Made by a program: the position numbers and the translations under genes
In this document: positions 16,543 to 25,406 of the stretch, piece after piece
How positions within the stretch are numbered: position 1 is the stretch's first letter
Layout of the letters: the number at the start of each line of letters is the position of its first letter
Notes under the pieces: model-generated
The model's database searches: none
What the model saw: the letters and a program-made list of their open reading frames with translations, nothing else
Told to the model about the DNA's origin: nothing
Source of the DNA: a virus
Lineage: Duplodnaviria > Caudoviricetes
Direction: 5' to 3' (one strand)
Length of the DNA: 40,127 bases
IMG/VR virus record: IMGVR_UViG_3300045000_000051
Location: 1-40,127 of that record

Positions 16543-17877
16543 TTGCCAGCTGTGCCCGCGGCCCCTGTGCCGCCCCAAAACCTTGAAGCAGAAGAGTCCG
16601 TGCTGGGCGCGATGATGCTCAGCGCGGGCGCGATCGACGCCGTGTCGGAGATCCTCGACCCGGCGGACTTCTACCGGCACACACACGCCGTCATCTACAC
16701 GGCCGCGCTTGCCCTGTACGGCAAAGGTGAGGCGGTCGACGCGATCACGCTCGCCGACGAGCTCGATGAGCGCGGCGAGCTCGACGGGGCGGGCGGCAAG
16801 GAGAAGATCCACGAGCTCGCCGCGGCGATGCCGGCGGCGGCGAACGCCGGGCATTACGCCCGGATCGTGAAAGAGATGGCGCAGCTCCGCGGCCTGATCC
16901 GGCATGGCGGCGAAGCGCAGCGGCTCGGCTTCGACCGGCCTGGCGAGGTGGCGGAGCTGATCGACCGGGTGCAGCAGGACGCCTACGAGCTCACGCCGGG
17001 ACTGCGCGGCTCGGCGACGGAGCACATCTCTGGTGCGGTGCTGGAGGCGTTCCAGCGCGTCGAGATGCTCGCGAAGCGCGGCTCCGAGGTGATCGGTGTC
17101 GCGTCCGGCTTCCGCAGCCTCGACCGGATCACGCTCGGCTTCGAGCCGGGCAACCTGATCATCGTTGCTGCCCGCCCGTCGATGGGGAAGTCGGCGCTCG
17201 CGACGGGGATCACCGCGAACGTCGCGATCCGGCAGGGGATCCCTGTCGGCGTGTTCACGATGGAGATGTCGCGGGCGGAGATCACGCAGCGTCTCCTCGC
17301 CGCCGAGGGCAACATCGACTCGCAACATCTCCGGTCGGGCCGGGGTCTCTCCCCGGACGAATGGTCGCGGCTCGCCGCCGCGAGCGACACCGTCTCGAAG
17401 GCACCGATCTTCGTGGACGACCAGGCGGCCCTGACCCTGACGGAGCTCCGGTCGAAGCTGCGGAAGCTGAAGAGCCGCCAGCCGGTCGGGCTCGTGATCG
17501 TCGACTACCTCGGCCTGATGCGCGTCCCGGACGTGAAGCAGGAGAACCGCACGGTGATCGTCTCGATCATCACCGCCGGCCTGAAGGCGTTGGCCCGCGA
17601 CTTCGAGGTGCCGATCATCGCGCTGTCGCAGCTCAACCGGAACCTCGAGGGCCGCCTCGACAAGCGGCCGACCCTCGCCGACCTCAGGGACTCCGGATCG
17701 GTCGAGCAGGACGCGGACATCGTCGTGTTCCTCTACCGCGACGACTACTACAACAAGGAGTCGGAAACCCCGGGCGTGACCGAGGTCAACATCGCGAAGC
17801 AGCGGAACGGCCCGACCGACACGATCGAGCTGTACTTCAACAAGACGCACAGCAAGTTCACGGAGCTGCAGCGGTGA
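16543..17877 (+). CDS. dnaB: Replicative DNA helicase DnaB
   Basis: PPQNLEAEESVLG, AARPSMGKS, EMS, IVDYL, ALSQLNR, DLRDSGSVEQDAD, KQRNGP. Confidence 0.96.
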   Translation: MPAVPAAPVPPQNLEAEESVLGAMMLSAGAIDAVSEILDPADFYRHTHAVIYTAALALYGKGEAVDAITLADELDERGELDGAGGKEKIHELAAAMPAAANAGHYARIVKEMAQLRGLIRHGGEAQRLGFDRPGEVAELIDRVQQDAYELTPGLRGSATEHISGAVLEAFQRVEMLAKRGSEVIGVASGFRSLDRITLGFEPGNLIIVAARPSMGKSALATGITANVAIRQGIPVGVFTMEMSRAEITQRLLAAEGNIDSQHLRSGRGLSPDEWSRLAAASDTVSKAPIFVDDQAALTLTELRSKLRKLKSRQPVGLVIVDYLGLMRVPDVKQENRTVIVSIITAGLKALARDFEVPIIALSQLNRNLEGRLDKRPTLADLRDSGSVEQDADIVVFLYRDDYYNKESETPGVTEVNIAKQRNGPTDTIELYFNKTHSKFTELQR

Positions 17878-18419
17878 GCGTCGCGTTGCAGCTCCGGCGG
17901 CAGCCGCTCGCCGGCTTCAGCGAGATCGGTCTCGACGAGGCGAACGAGCTGCTCGTCGACTGGGGCCACTACCTCGGCGACTGCGACAGGCCGTTCCGGT
18001 CGGAAGCCTACGCGTACGACGTCGGCGGCCGGATCGTCTCCGTCGCGGTCAGCTCGAGCGCGGTCAACCACGTCACCGACCTCGATGGCCGCACCTGGCA
18101 TCGCAACGAGATCGTCGAGCTCAGCCGGCTCTGCACCCGGCCGGGTGAGGAGTGGGCAACGAGGGTGATGCTGCGCCAGTGGCGCGAGCTCGCCGCCCCC
18201 GCATGGTGCTGCCCGCGCCCGCGGCGAGGGCTGCGGCCGCTCGTCGCGATCGCCTACTCGAAGAACGACCGGCACGACGGCCGCATCTACCGCTTCGACG
18301 GCTGGGAGAAGATCCGCGAGACAGCAGGATCGGGCGGCGGCGGCGCCTGGTCTCGGAAGCAGTACGCCAGTGACGCCGCGCATGGCCGGAAGACGCTCTG
18401 GCTCTGGCGGCTCGCGTGA
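17874..18419 (+). CDS. Mom-like GNAT-fold DNA-modification protein
   Basis: EANELL..WGHYLG, VELSRLC, AIAYS...HDGRIYRFDGW, KTLW match the Mu Mom-like pattern ELxRL...GxIYxAxGW. Confidence 0.65.
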   Translation: MSVALQLRRQPLAGFSEIGLDEANELLVDWGHYLGDCDRPFRSEAYAYDVGGRIVSVAVSSSAVNHVTDLDGRTWHRNEIVELSRLCTRPGEEWATRVMLRQWRELAAPAWCCPRPRRGLRPLVAIAYSKNDRHDGRIYRFDGWEKIRETAGSGGGGAWSRKQYASDAAHGRKTLWLWRLA

Positions 18420-19150
18420 CGGATCAGCGCCGCCGCCAGTACGTCCCGCTGACCAGCCAGGCCGGCCACGATCGGTTCAGCAGCCGAATCAAGGCGAAAT
18501 TTGAACGGGACGGGCTGCTCGTCTGGATGCTCTACCTGGCTGCGTGCAAGCGCGGCACGACGCAAGGCGAGTTCGTCTACGTCAGCGAGAGCGATGGCTG
18601 GGAGAAGCTCGGCCTGCTCGGCGACGAGCCCGAGTTCAGCCTGCGCACCTTCTTCACGTACACCGGCCAGCTGCACTCGACCGCTAGACGAGCCTCAGGC
18701 GAGGTCACAACGATCGTTTGTCGGCACTGGGACGAATGGAACACGGAGTTTCGACGGCAGCAAGACGCTTCACAAAAAGCCTGGAAACGGGCAGAAAATA
18801 CGGCGACAACGCAACGACAAAGCGGAGACGAAGCACCGACATTACGAAGGACTGAAGGTGAATACGAAGGTGAAAGAAAAGAACCACCCCCCTCTACGAG
18901 GAAAGAACCACCCGCCCGGAGCGGCCCAGCGCGGCCCGGACACCCGCTGTGCTGCAACGCACCACCGCCGGAACGGCCGTGCCGCAGCCTCACGTTCCGC
19001 ACCGAGCAGCAGCTGCGCGAGCACTACGACGTCGTCCACTGGCTCGACACGGACACGATCAACGCCCTGCTCGGCACCACCAGCACCCCGGCGCCGGCCC
19101 AGCTCAGCGACGCGCTGACCGCCTCCCTCACCCCAGCCGACGCCGCCTGA
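18416..19150 (+). CDS. Putative replication initiator-like protein
   Basis: N-terminal wHTH-like region ending HWDEWN, A-rich low-complexity linker, C-terminal C2H2-like motif; near dnaB. Confidence 0.45.
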   Translation: MTDQRRRQYVPLTSQAGHDRFSSRIKAKFERDGLLVWMLYLAACKRGTTQGEFVYVSESDGWEKLGLLGDEPEFSLRTFFTYTGQLHSTARRASGEVTTIVCRHWDEWNTEFRRQQDASQKAWKRAENTATTQRQSGDEAPTLRRTEGEYEGERKEPPPSTRKEPPARSGPARPGHPLCCNAPPPERPCRSLTFRTEQQLREHYDVVHWLDTDTINALLGTTSTPAPAQLSDALTASLTPADAA

Positions 19151-19359
19151 TGCCGTCACGTCTCACCCTCGAAGAGTGGACAGTCGCCCAGCAGGTCTGC
19201 ACCAAAGAACAGCTCATTGCCCTCGACTACTGGCGACGCGACGCCGGCTACAAGACCATCGCCATGGCTGTAGGCGTCAGCCGCGACTCAGCCCGAGGAC
19301 GCATCGACAGAGCACTCGACCGCATCACCAGAGAACTCGAACGAAGAGCAGCAGCATGA
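19150..19359 (+). CDS. Sigma-70 region-4-like HTH protein, putative late activator
   Basis: TKEQLIALDYW...GYKTIAMAVGVSRDSARGRIDRALDRI; last early gene. Confidence 0.65.
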   Translation: MPSRLTLEEWTVAQQVCTKEQLIALDYWRRDAGYKTIAMAVGVSRDSARGRIDRALDRITRELERRAAA

Positions 19360-19500
19360 CCCACGTGCACACTCCACAGACCATGCCAACACACCAACAC
19401 CACTCGCAACCCCACTCACCACCCGGGGTACCACCACTAGACCCAACGACACAAGACCGCTGGGTTCAGTCGTTCGCCTTGTGTACGGGTCTGGGACGCT
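19360..19500. other. Probable packaging (cos) region
   Basis: Abrupt switch from A/C-rich to G/T-rich plus strand near 19460; CCCGGGGTACC at 19422-19432; shortly upstream of terS. Confidence 0.45.
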
Positions 19501-19504
19501 TGAC

Positions 19505-19690
19505 ATGAAGGTTTTCCTCGTCCTTGGCGGCGATCCGGGCGACCCGTGCAGCGATGTCATGGGCGCGTTTTCGACCGAGGCCGGTGCGCGCGCCTACGTC
19601 GAAGCTGGTGGTGAAGGCCGCGCTTGGTGGCGCGTCGTCGCGGTCGAGGTCGACAAGCCTGATTCATGGGAGGAGCTAGATGGCCGGTAG
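19505..19690 (+). CDS. Small hypothetical protein
   Basis: MKVFLV...DVMGAFSTEAGARAYVE...VEVD resembles common small phage proteins. Confidence 0.6.
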   Translation: MKVFLVLGGDPGDPCSDVMGAFSTEAGARAYVEAGGEGRAWWRVVAVEVDKPDSWEELDGR

Positions 19691-19844
19691 AGAGCCGTCG
19701 GCGCTGCGACTTCGTGCGGCGCTCGAGCGCGACTGGGCGCCGAGGGACGCCGTTGAGGCGCGCCTTCCGGTGTTCGCTCGGCTCGTCCGTCGTGTTCGAC
19801 TCGCTGACGAGAGGAAAGCGAGGGAGAGTCGCGATGGCCGGTAA
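19680..19844 (+). CDS. Small hypothetical protein (54 aa)
   Basis: Manual ORF MAGREPSALRLRAALERDW...SRDGR; GGAGGAG RBS; 11-bp overlaps with both neighbours. Confidence 0.4.
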   Translation: MAGREPSALRLRAALERDWAPRDAVEARLPVFARLVRRVRLADERKARESRDGR

Positions 19845-20277
19845 AGGCCCTGCGCCGAAGGAGAATCGGCGGCGGCGCAACGTTCCTATGCGCGGCGAGT
19901 GGGAGGATCTGCAGCCGCTCGAGCGGCCGGTTCTGTCGACGCTGCCGAAGGCGTCGCCTCTGGTCGATCACGACGGCGTCGACCACGGGTGGCCGGACAC
20001 GACGCGCGAGCTCTGGAACGCGTGGCGGCGGGATCCCGTGACGGCGCAGTGGTCGCCGGCGGATGTTGCCTACGCGGTCGACACGATCCGGCTGCACGCG
20101 GCCGCGCCGTGGAAGATGGCGAACGAGATCCGGTTGCGGATGGACTCGCTCGGGCTGACGCCGAAGGGGAAGCGTGACCTGCGCTGGCGGATCGCCGCCG
20201 CTGACGACGAGCCGGAAGAGCAGCGGCCGCTCGCGACGGTGCGGCGGCTGCGCGCGGTCGACCCGGCGGCGAGCTGA
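19834..20277 (+). CDS. terS: Terminase small subunit
   Basis: MAGKGPAPK...RRRRN start; EIRLRMDSLGLTPKGKRDLRW; directly before terL. Confidence 0.85.
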   Translation: MAGKGPAPKENRRRRNVPMRGEWEDLQPLERPVLSTLPKASPLVDHDGVDHGWPDTTRELWNAWRRDPVTAQWSPADVAYAVDTIRLHAAAPWKMANEIRLRMDSLGLTPKGKRDLRWRIAAADDEPEEQRPLATVRRLRAVDPAAS

Positions 20278-21911
20278 TGGCGCGAGTGGCGAGACGGCCG
20301 CGAGGCCACGGCGGCTGGCGCGACCCGGAGTACCCTGGAGAGTTCCCGACGCTCGGCTACCAGGTCGCCGACCTGATCGAGGCCAAGTGCGCGATCCCCG
20401 ACGGTGAGCACGCTGGCGAGCCGTACCGCCTGACCGACGAACAGCTGCGGATCCTGCTCTGGCTCTACAGAATCAACCCCGCCGCTGTGTACGACCCCGA
20501 CGCGAACGGCGGTCGCGGAGGCTGGCGCAACGCGTTCATCTACTTCCGGGGCGGCCAGGTCGTCCGCCCGCAGAAGTGGGGCAAGGGGCCGTTCTCGGCC
20601 GCAGTCGTCTGTGCCGAGGCCGACGACGAGGGGCCGGTGCTCTTCGACGGGTGGGACGCGCGCGGCGAGCCGGTCGGGCGGCCGTGGGCGACACCCTGGA
20701 TTCAGATCGCGGCCGTCTCCGAGGATCAGACCGCGAACGTCTGGCGGGCGCTCCAGCCGATGATCGAGCTCGGAGCGATCCACGCCGACATCCCCGACAC
20801 CGGCCAGACGCGCATCAACCTCCCGGGCGGCGGCCGCATCGAGCCGGTCACCTCGTCGGCGCGGTCGAGGCTCGGCCAGCGGATCACGTTCGCCGTGCAG
20901 GACGAGGCGCACTCGTGGCTCGAGCGCAACGGCGGCCGGCTGCTCGCCGACAACCAGCGCCGCAACCTCTCCGGGATGGGCGGACGGTTCCTGGAGACGG
21001 GCAACGCGTGGGATCCCCGCGAAGAGTCGGTCGCGCAGCGCACCGGCGAGTCCGGCGAGCCTGGTGTCTACCGCGATGACGTCGAGCCGGGCGCGGGCTC
21101 CGTCCGCAACAAGCAGGACCGCCGAAAGATGCTCAAGAAGGTGTACGGCGATTCGTGGTGGGTTGACCTCGACCGCATCGACGGAGAGATCCAGGCGCTG
21201 CTCGCGCGCGGCGAGGCGTCGCAGGCCGAACGGTTCTTCCTCAACCGCAAGCTCGCCGGCGAAGACGCCGCATTCCCGCCCGAGCTCGTCGACAAGCTCG
21301 CCAGCCGAAAACACGTGGTGCCGGAGCGTGCACTGATCGTGATCGGCGTCGACGGCGCCCGGTTCGTCGACGCGCTAGCGATCGTCGCGACCGAGATCGC
21401 GACGGGGCATCAGTGGCCGCTCGGGATTTGGGAGCGGCCGAAGGACGCCGGCGACGACTACGAGCATCCCTTCGACGCGGTCGACGGCGCGATGATCGAG
21501 GCGTTCCAGCTGTACGACGTCTGGCGCGTCTACGTCGACCCGCAGTGGATCGACCACCTTCTCGATAAGTGGCAGGCCCGCTGGGGCGAGAAGAAGGTGC
21601 TCGCCTGGCACACGAACCGGCCCCGCCAGATCGCCTGGGCCGTCCGCGGCTTCCGGGACGCCGCGGCCGCGGGCGACGCCAGCGACGACGGCGACGAGAT
21701 CCTCGCCCGCCACACAAAGAACGCCCGCAAGCAGCTGCTGAACGTCTACGACGACGACCACCGGCAGATGCACACGCTCTCGAAAGACCGGCCCGACTCG
21801 CCCCGGAAGATCGACGCGGCGATGGCCCGAGTGTTGTCGTGGGAGTGCCGCGGCGACGCGATCGCCGCCGGCGCCAAGCAGCGCAAGCGGCGCGTCGCCG
21901 GGTTCCACTGA
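20277..21911 (+). CDS. terL: Terminase large subunit
   Basis: LTDEQ, RPQKWGKGP Walker A, AAVSEDQ, VQDEAH Walker B, IGVDG nuclease motif, KIDAAMA. Confidence 0.93.
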   Translation: MARVARRPRGHGGWRDPEYPGEFPTLGYQVADLIEAKCAIPDGEHAGEPYRLTDEQLRILLWLYRINPAAVYDPDANGGRGGWRNAFIYFRGGQVVRPQKWGKGPFSAAVVCAEADDEGPVLFDGWDARGEPVGRPWATPWIQIAAVSEDQTANVWRALQPMIELGAIHADIPDTGQTRINLPGGGRIEPVTSSARSRLGQRITFAVQDEAHSWLERNGGRLLADNQRRNLSGMGGRFLETGNAWDPREESVAQRTGESGEPGVYRDDVEPGAGSVRNKQDRRKMLKKVYGDSWWVDLDRIDGEIQALLARGEASQAERFFLNRKLAGEDAAFPPELVDKLASRKHVVPERALIVIGVDGARFVDALAIVATEIATGHQWPLGIWERPKDAGDDYEHPFDAVDGAMIEAFQLYDVWRVYVDPQWIDHLLDKWQARWGEKKVLAWHTNRPRQIAWAVRGFRDAAAAGDASDDGDEILARHTKNARKQLLNVYDDDHRQMHTLSKDRPDSPRKIDAAMARVLSWECRGDAIAAGAKQRKRRVAGFH

Positions 21912-22252
21912 TGCCCGGGCGCGCCCGTCGTGCGACCCGCGTGTGCTCGACGCCGGGTTGCGCCGACCTGACCGACCATCCCTCCGGCCTCTGCGACGAC
22001 TGCCGCGCCGCCAGATACAAGCAGGCCGACGCGGCCCGGCCGTCGTCGGCTGAGCGCGGCTACGGCCCCGCCCACCAACAGCTGCGCCGCGAGTGGGCGC
22101 CACGCGTCGAGGCGGGCGGCGTGAACTGCACCCGGTGCGGCATCCTGATCGTTCCCGGCACGGCGTGGGATCTCGGCCATGACGACAACGACCGGAGCCG
22201 CTACACCGGGCCTGAGCACCAGGTCTGTAACCGGGCGACGAGGGGCCGGTGA
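21911..22252 (+). CDS. Packaging-associated HNH endonuclease-like protein
   Basis: CSTPGC, RGYG.AHQQLR, CTRCG, WDLGH, GPEHQVCNR; coupled to terL. Confidence 0.78.
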   Translation: MPGRARRATRVCSTPGCADLTDHPSGLCDDCRAARYKQADAARPSSAERGYGPAHQQLRREWAPRVEAGGVNCTRCGILIVPGTAWDLGHDDNDRSRYTGPEHQVCNRATRGR

Positions 22253-22268
22253 TGCCGTCCGCCGACGG

Positions 22269-22277
22269 TGTTACATT
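22269..22277 (+). promoter_or_regulatory. Putative extended -10 late promoter
   Basis: TG-T-TACATT in the low-coding gap upstream of the head genes. Confidence 0.4.
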
Positions 22278-22332
22278 CACCCGGCGAGCGCTGAAAAGCG
22301 CACGCACCCCCCACGTCAGTAGTGCGCCCTCA

Positions 22333-22353
22333 CCCGCGAAAGCGGGCTTTTTT
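22333..22353 (+). terminator. Rho-independent terminator-like hairpin
   Basis: CCCGC-GAAA-GCGGG followed by CTTTTTT. Confidence 0.7.
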
Positions 22354-22656
22354 ATGCCCAAAAACAGCCCAACCAGCCTCGACGAGGCCCGGCTCCTCCC
22401 CCGATTCCGTGACACATCACCGCTGCTCGAACGCCGCCGGATGCTGCGCATCCAGGCCAAGGTGCTCGCCGACGCGATCGCCGCGAACCCCGACAAGCCG
22501 CTGCCGTTGCGGCGCGAGCTGACGAAGCCGGGCGACCCGCGCAGGCTGCGCGGGATTCCGGCGATCGGGCCGAGCGTCGGCGGGGCGATCCCTGGCACCA
22601 ACCCTGAGGCCGCCGCGATCGCCGCCGTCACGCGCGAAGAGCGGCTCGCCGCGTGA
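22354..22656 (+). CDS. Hypothetical protein
   Basis: ATG directly after the hairpin; GTGA coupled to portal; start uncertain. Confidence 0.45.
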   Translation: MPKNSPTSLDEARLLPRFRDTSPLLERRRMLRIQAKVLADAIAANPDKPLPLRRELTKPGDPRRLRGIPAIGPSVGGAIPGTNPEAAAIAAVTREERLAA

Positions 22657-24068
22657 AAACGCCGCCGCCGCCGAAGATCGGGACGCCCGCGTGGTGGCTG
22701 GCGAAGCTCGAGAAGGAGATCGCCGAACGTCAGCCGCAGATCGCGCTGATGAACAGCTACTACCTCGGCGACCATCCGCTGCCGTTCCTGACGAAGGCGC
22801 ACGAGTCGAAGATGCGCAACGAGTTCCGGCGGCTGCTCGACGACAGCCGGACGAACTTCATGCGGCTCGTCGTCGACGCGGTCGAGGAGCGGCTCAAGGT
22901 CGAGGGGTTTCGGCTGAGCGCCGAGAATGACGCGGTCGCCGACAAGGACTCGTGGCGGATCTGGCAGGCGAACCAGATGGACGCCGAATCGCAGACCGCG
23001 CTGCTCGAGGCTCTCGTCAAGGGAGTTTCGTACCTGTCGGTGTGGGCGGGCGACAAGCATCCCGTGATCGCGGTCGAGGACGCGTCGCAAACGATCGTCG
23101 GCTACGAGCCAGGCTCGAACTACCGCCGTCGCGCCGCGGGACTGAAGGTGTGGCGTGACGACTGGACAGGCAAGCGCCGCGGAAACGTGTATCTGCCCGA
23201 CGGCATCTACAAGTTCGAGGCGCCCGAAGCCACCGAGAACCAGGCGGACTCGTCCGAGCCGACGCGTTGGACGGAACTGCCGGACTTGTTCGTCGAGAAC
23301 CCGCTCGGGATCGTGCCGATCGTGCCGCTCCGAAACCGGCCGCGGCTGCTCTGCGAAGGAGAGTCGGAGCTCGCCGACGTCTACCGGGTGCAGAACCAGA
23401 TCAACGGGTTCCTGTTCCTACTCGCCCTGGCCGGCTACTTCGGTGCGCACCGGCAGCGGTGGGCGGTCGGCCTCACGCTCATGGAGGACACCACCACCGG
23501 CAAGCCGGTCGAGCCGTTCGACGTCTCGATCGAGAAGCTCTGGGTGTCCGAGGACGCCACCGACGGCAACGGCGGACAGGTGCGTTTCGGCGAGTTCTCG
23601 CAGACCGACCTGGCCCCGTACGTCAAGGCGATCGAGCAGAAGGTGCTTCACATCGCCGTCACGACACGGACGCCGCGGCACTACCTGATCCAGGAGGGCC
23701 AGTCGCCGTCCGGGGACGCGATCCGGTCGGCGGAGTCGGGGCTCGTGAAGAAGACGGAGCGGAAGCAGCGGCCGTTCGGTGAGGGATTGGAGGAGGCGAT
23801 CCGGCTCGCCCGCAGCTTCGCCGGCGAACCCGACGCCCCGGTCGACTCAGAGATCGTGTGGGCCGACCCGTCCACACCAACGATCGCGGAGACAACCGAC
23901 GCCGTGATCAAGCAGTTCTCAGGCGGCCTGATCCCGTGGGAGGCTGCGTTGGAGACGCTCGGGTACACGCAGACGCAGATCCAGCGGTTCGCGGGGATGC
24001 GCGCCAGCGACGCCCTGATGCAGCAGATCCTCAACCCGCCGCCCGCGCCGAACGGTAACCCCGCATGA
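22653..24068 (+). CDS. Portal protein (SPP1 gp6-like)
   Basis: YYLGDH, NFMRLVVDAVEERL, WQANQMD, PSGDAIRSAESGLVKK, IVWADP; size and position. Confidence 0.92.
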   Translation: MKTPPPPKIGTPAWWLAKLEKEIAERQPQIALMNSYYLGDHPLPFLTKAHESKMRNEFRRLLDDSRTNFMRLVVDAVEERLKVEGFRLSAENDAVADKDSWRIWQANQMDAESQTALLEALVKGVSYLSVWAGDKHPVIAVEDASQTIVGYEPGSNYRRRAAGLKVWRDDWTGKRRGNVYLPDGIYKFEAPEATENQADSSEPTRWTELPDLFVENPLGIVPIVPLRNRPRLLCEGESELADVYRVQNQINGFLFLLALAGYFGAHRQRWAVGLTLMEDTTTGKPVEPFDVSIEKLWVSEDATDGNGGQVRFGEFSQTDLAPYVKAIEQKVLHIAVTTRTPRHYLIQEGQSPSGDAIRSAESGLVKKTERKQRPFGEGLEEAIRLARSFAGEPDAPVDSEIVWADPSTPTIAETTDAVIKQFSGGLIPWEAALETLGYTQTQIQRFAGMRASDALMQQILNPPPAPNGNPA

Positions 24069-24466
24069 GCACGAAGATCGTGAAGGGGTTCCCGCCGAAC
24101 ATCGACGAGCTCCGCGCGAGGTTCAACCCGCCGCCCGGCACGGTGTTCGCGTACGGCGACACGATCTACTCGCCCGCCAACGTCAACCTCTCCGCCGACC
24201 TGATCGCGCACGAGACCACGCACTTCGCCCAGCAGGCCCGGTCAGGCGGCCCCGAGGCGTGGTGGCGCCGCTACATCGACGACCCGCAGTTCCGGCTAGA
24301 GCAGGAGCTCGAGGCGTACCGCGCCCAGTACGCGACCCTCACCACGCTGCCGCGGCCGGAGCGCCGCGCGCTGCTCGCCCACTACTGCAAGTCGCTGGCC
24401 AGCAGCATGTACGGCGGCATCGTCACAAAGGAGCAGGCCCGGAAGCTGATCGCGGGCCCGGCATGA
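24065..24466 (+). CDS. HExxH zinc-metallopeptidase-like protein
   Basis: LIAHETTHFAQQ with a downstream ELEAY third-ligand candidate. Confidence 0.65.
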   Translation: MSTKIVKGFPPNIDELRARFNPPPGTVFAYGDTIYSPANVNLSADLIAHETTHFAQQARSGGPEAWWRRYIDDPQFRLEQELEAYRAQYATLTTLPRPERRALLAHYCKSLASSMYGGIVTKEQARKLIAGPA

Positions 24467-24602
24467 TCTCCCGCCTCGCCCGGCGCCGCCGGTCGCGCAC
24501 CTGCCAGGTGCTGCTCTGGCTACCGCACACCCGCTTGGTCTCTCACGGCCGGCTGGCGGCCGGCCGCAAACCAATGCTGCTGCTGATCCCCGGAAACATC
24601 CT

Positions 24603-25406
24603 GTGACCAGCCAGGCCCAAACCCAGATCGACGCCGCCTACCAGTCGCAGCGCCTCCGCCTCAACGCGACCGTCGTCGCGGCGGCAGCATCAGCGTGGGC
24701 GTCGCAGTACAAGGACAGGCAGCGCGCGATCGCGCACATCGTCAGGCTCGTCACCGCGGGTCAGGCGCACACCGTCAGGCTCGTCGACGCGTACATGACC
24801 GCGAAGGCGATCCAGGCGACCGGCAGCGGCGCTCGCGTCGGACTCGACCCGGCGAAGTACTCGACCGCCGCGCTTCGCGGTGTGGCGGCAGACGTGGTGT
24901 ACGGGCGTCCGTTCGGCGCGTACGGAGCGCTGGTGAAGGACGGCGCCCACCCGGGCGACGCTGTCAAGGCGGCGCAGGCGAGCGTTACGAAGCTTGCCGC
25001 GACGGACTTGCAGCTCGCGCAGACGCACGCAGCGCGCGACTGGATGCAGGCGACGGCAGAGCAGGCGACGGGGGACATTCGGATCGTCGGATACCGGCGC
25101 GTCACCGGCTCGGATCCGTGCGCGCTCTGCGCCGCAGCCGCCACGCGCACCTACCGAATCTCTGATCTGCTTCCGCTCCACGAATCGTGCCAATGCACCG
25201 TGCAAAGCCTGTGGGGCACGGAGCCGGTCGCGTCTATCGGAACCACGGTTCGGGTCGAGATGGATCCGGAACTAGGCCCACGGCTGATGGCCGAGTCTTG
25301 GTCGCCGGTCGGGCCGCGCCTGACCGCATACGAGGAGCCGATCCCGAAGGAGACCATCAGCCTCGGCTCGCTCGACCTCACATCGCTGATCGCGACGCCG
25401 GCGTGA
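24603..25406 (+). CDS. MuF-like minor head / capsid maturation protein
   Basis: VGYRRV...PCALC...PLHESCQC; between portal and scaffold. Confidence 0.75.
   Translation: MTSQAQTQIDAAYQSQRLRLNATVVAAAASAWASQYKDRQRAIAHIVRLVTAGQAHTVRLVDAYMTAKAIQATGSGARVGLDPAKYSTAALRGVAADVVYGRPFGAYGALVKDGAHPGDAVKAAQASVTKLAATDLQLAQTHAARDWMQATAEQATGDIRIVGYRRVTGSDPCALCAAAATRTYRISDLLPLHESCQCTVQSLWGTEPVASIGTTVRVEMDPELGPRLMAESWSPVGPRLTAYEEPIPKETISLGSLDLTSLIATPA

Noticed and set aside
16162-17850. 562-aa minus-strand ORF
   Set aside because: Antisense shadow of dnaB
19356-19508. His/Pro-rich small ORF after the HTH gene
   Set aside because: Its composition follows the A/C skew of the probable cos region; coding status is unsupported
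20070-23090. Long minus-strand ORFs over terminase and portal
   Set aside because: Shadow ORFs in high-GC coding DNA; low-complexity translations
24463-24606. Small coupled Arg/Leu-rich ORF (47 aa)
   Set aside because: It fills the gap with 4-bp overlaps and may be real, but there is no RBS or motif to support a call
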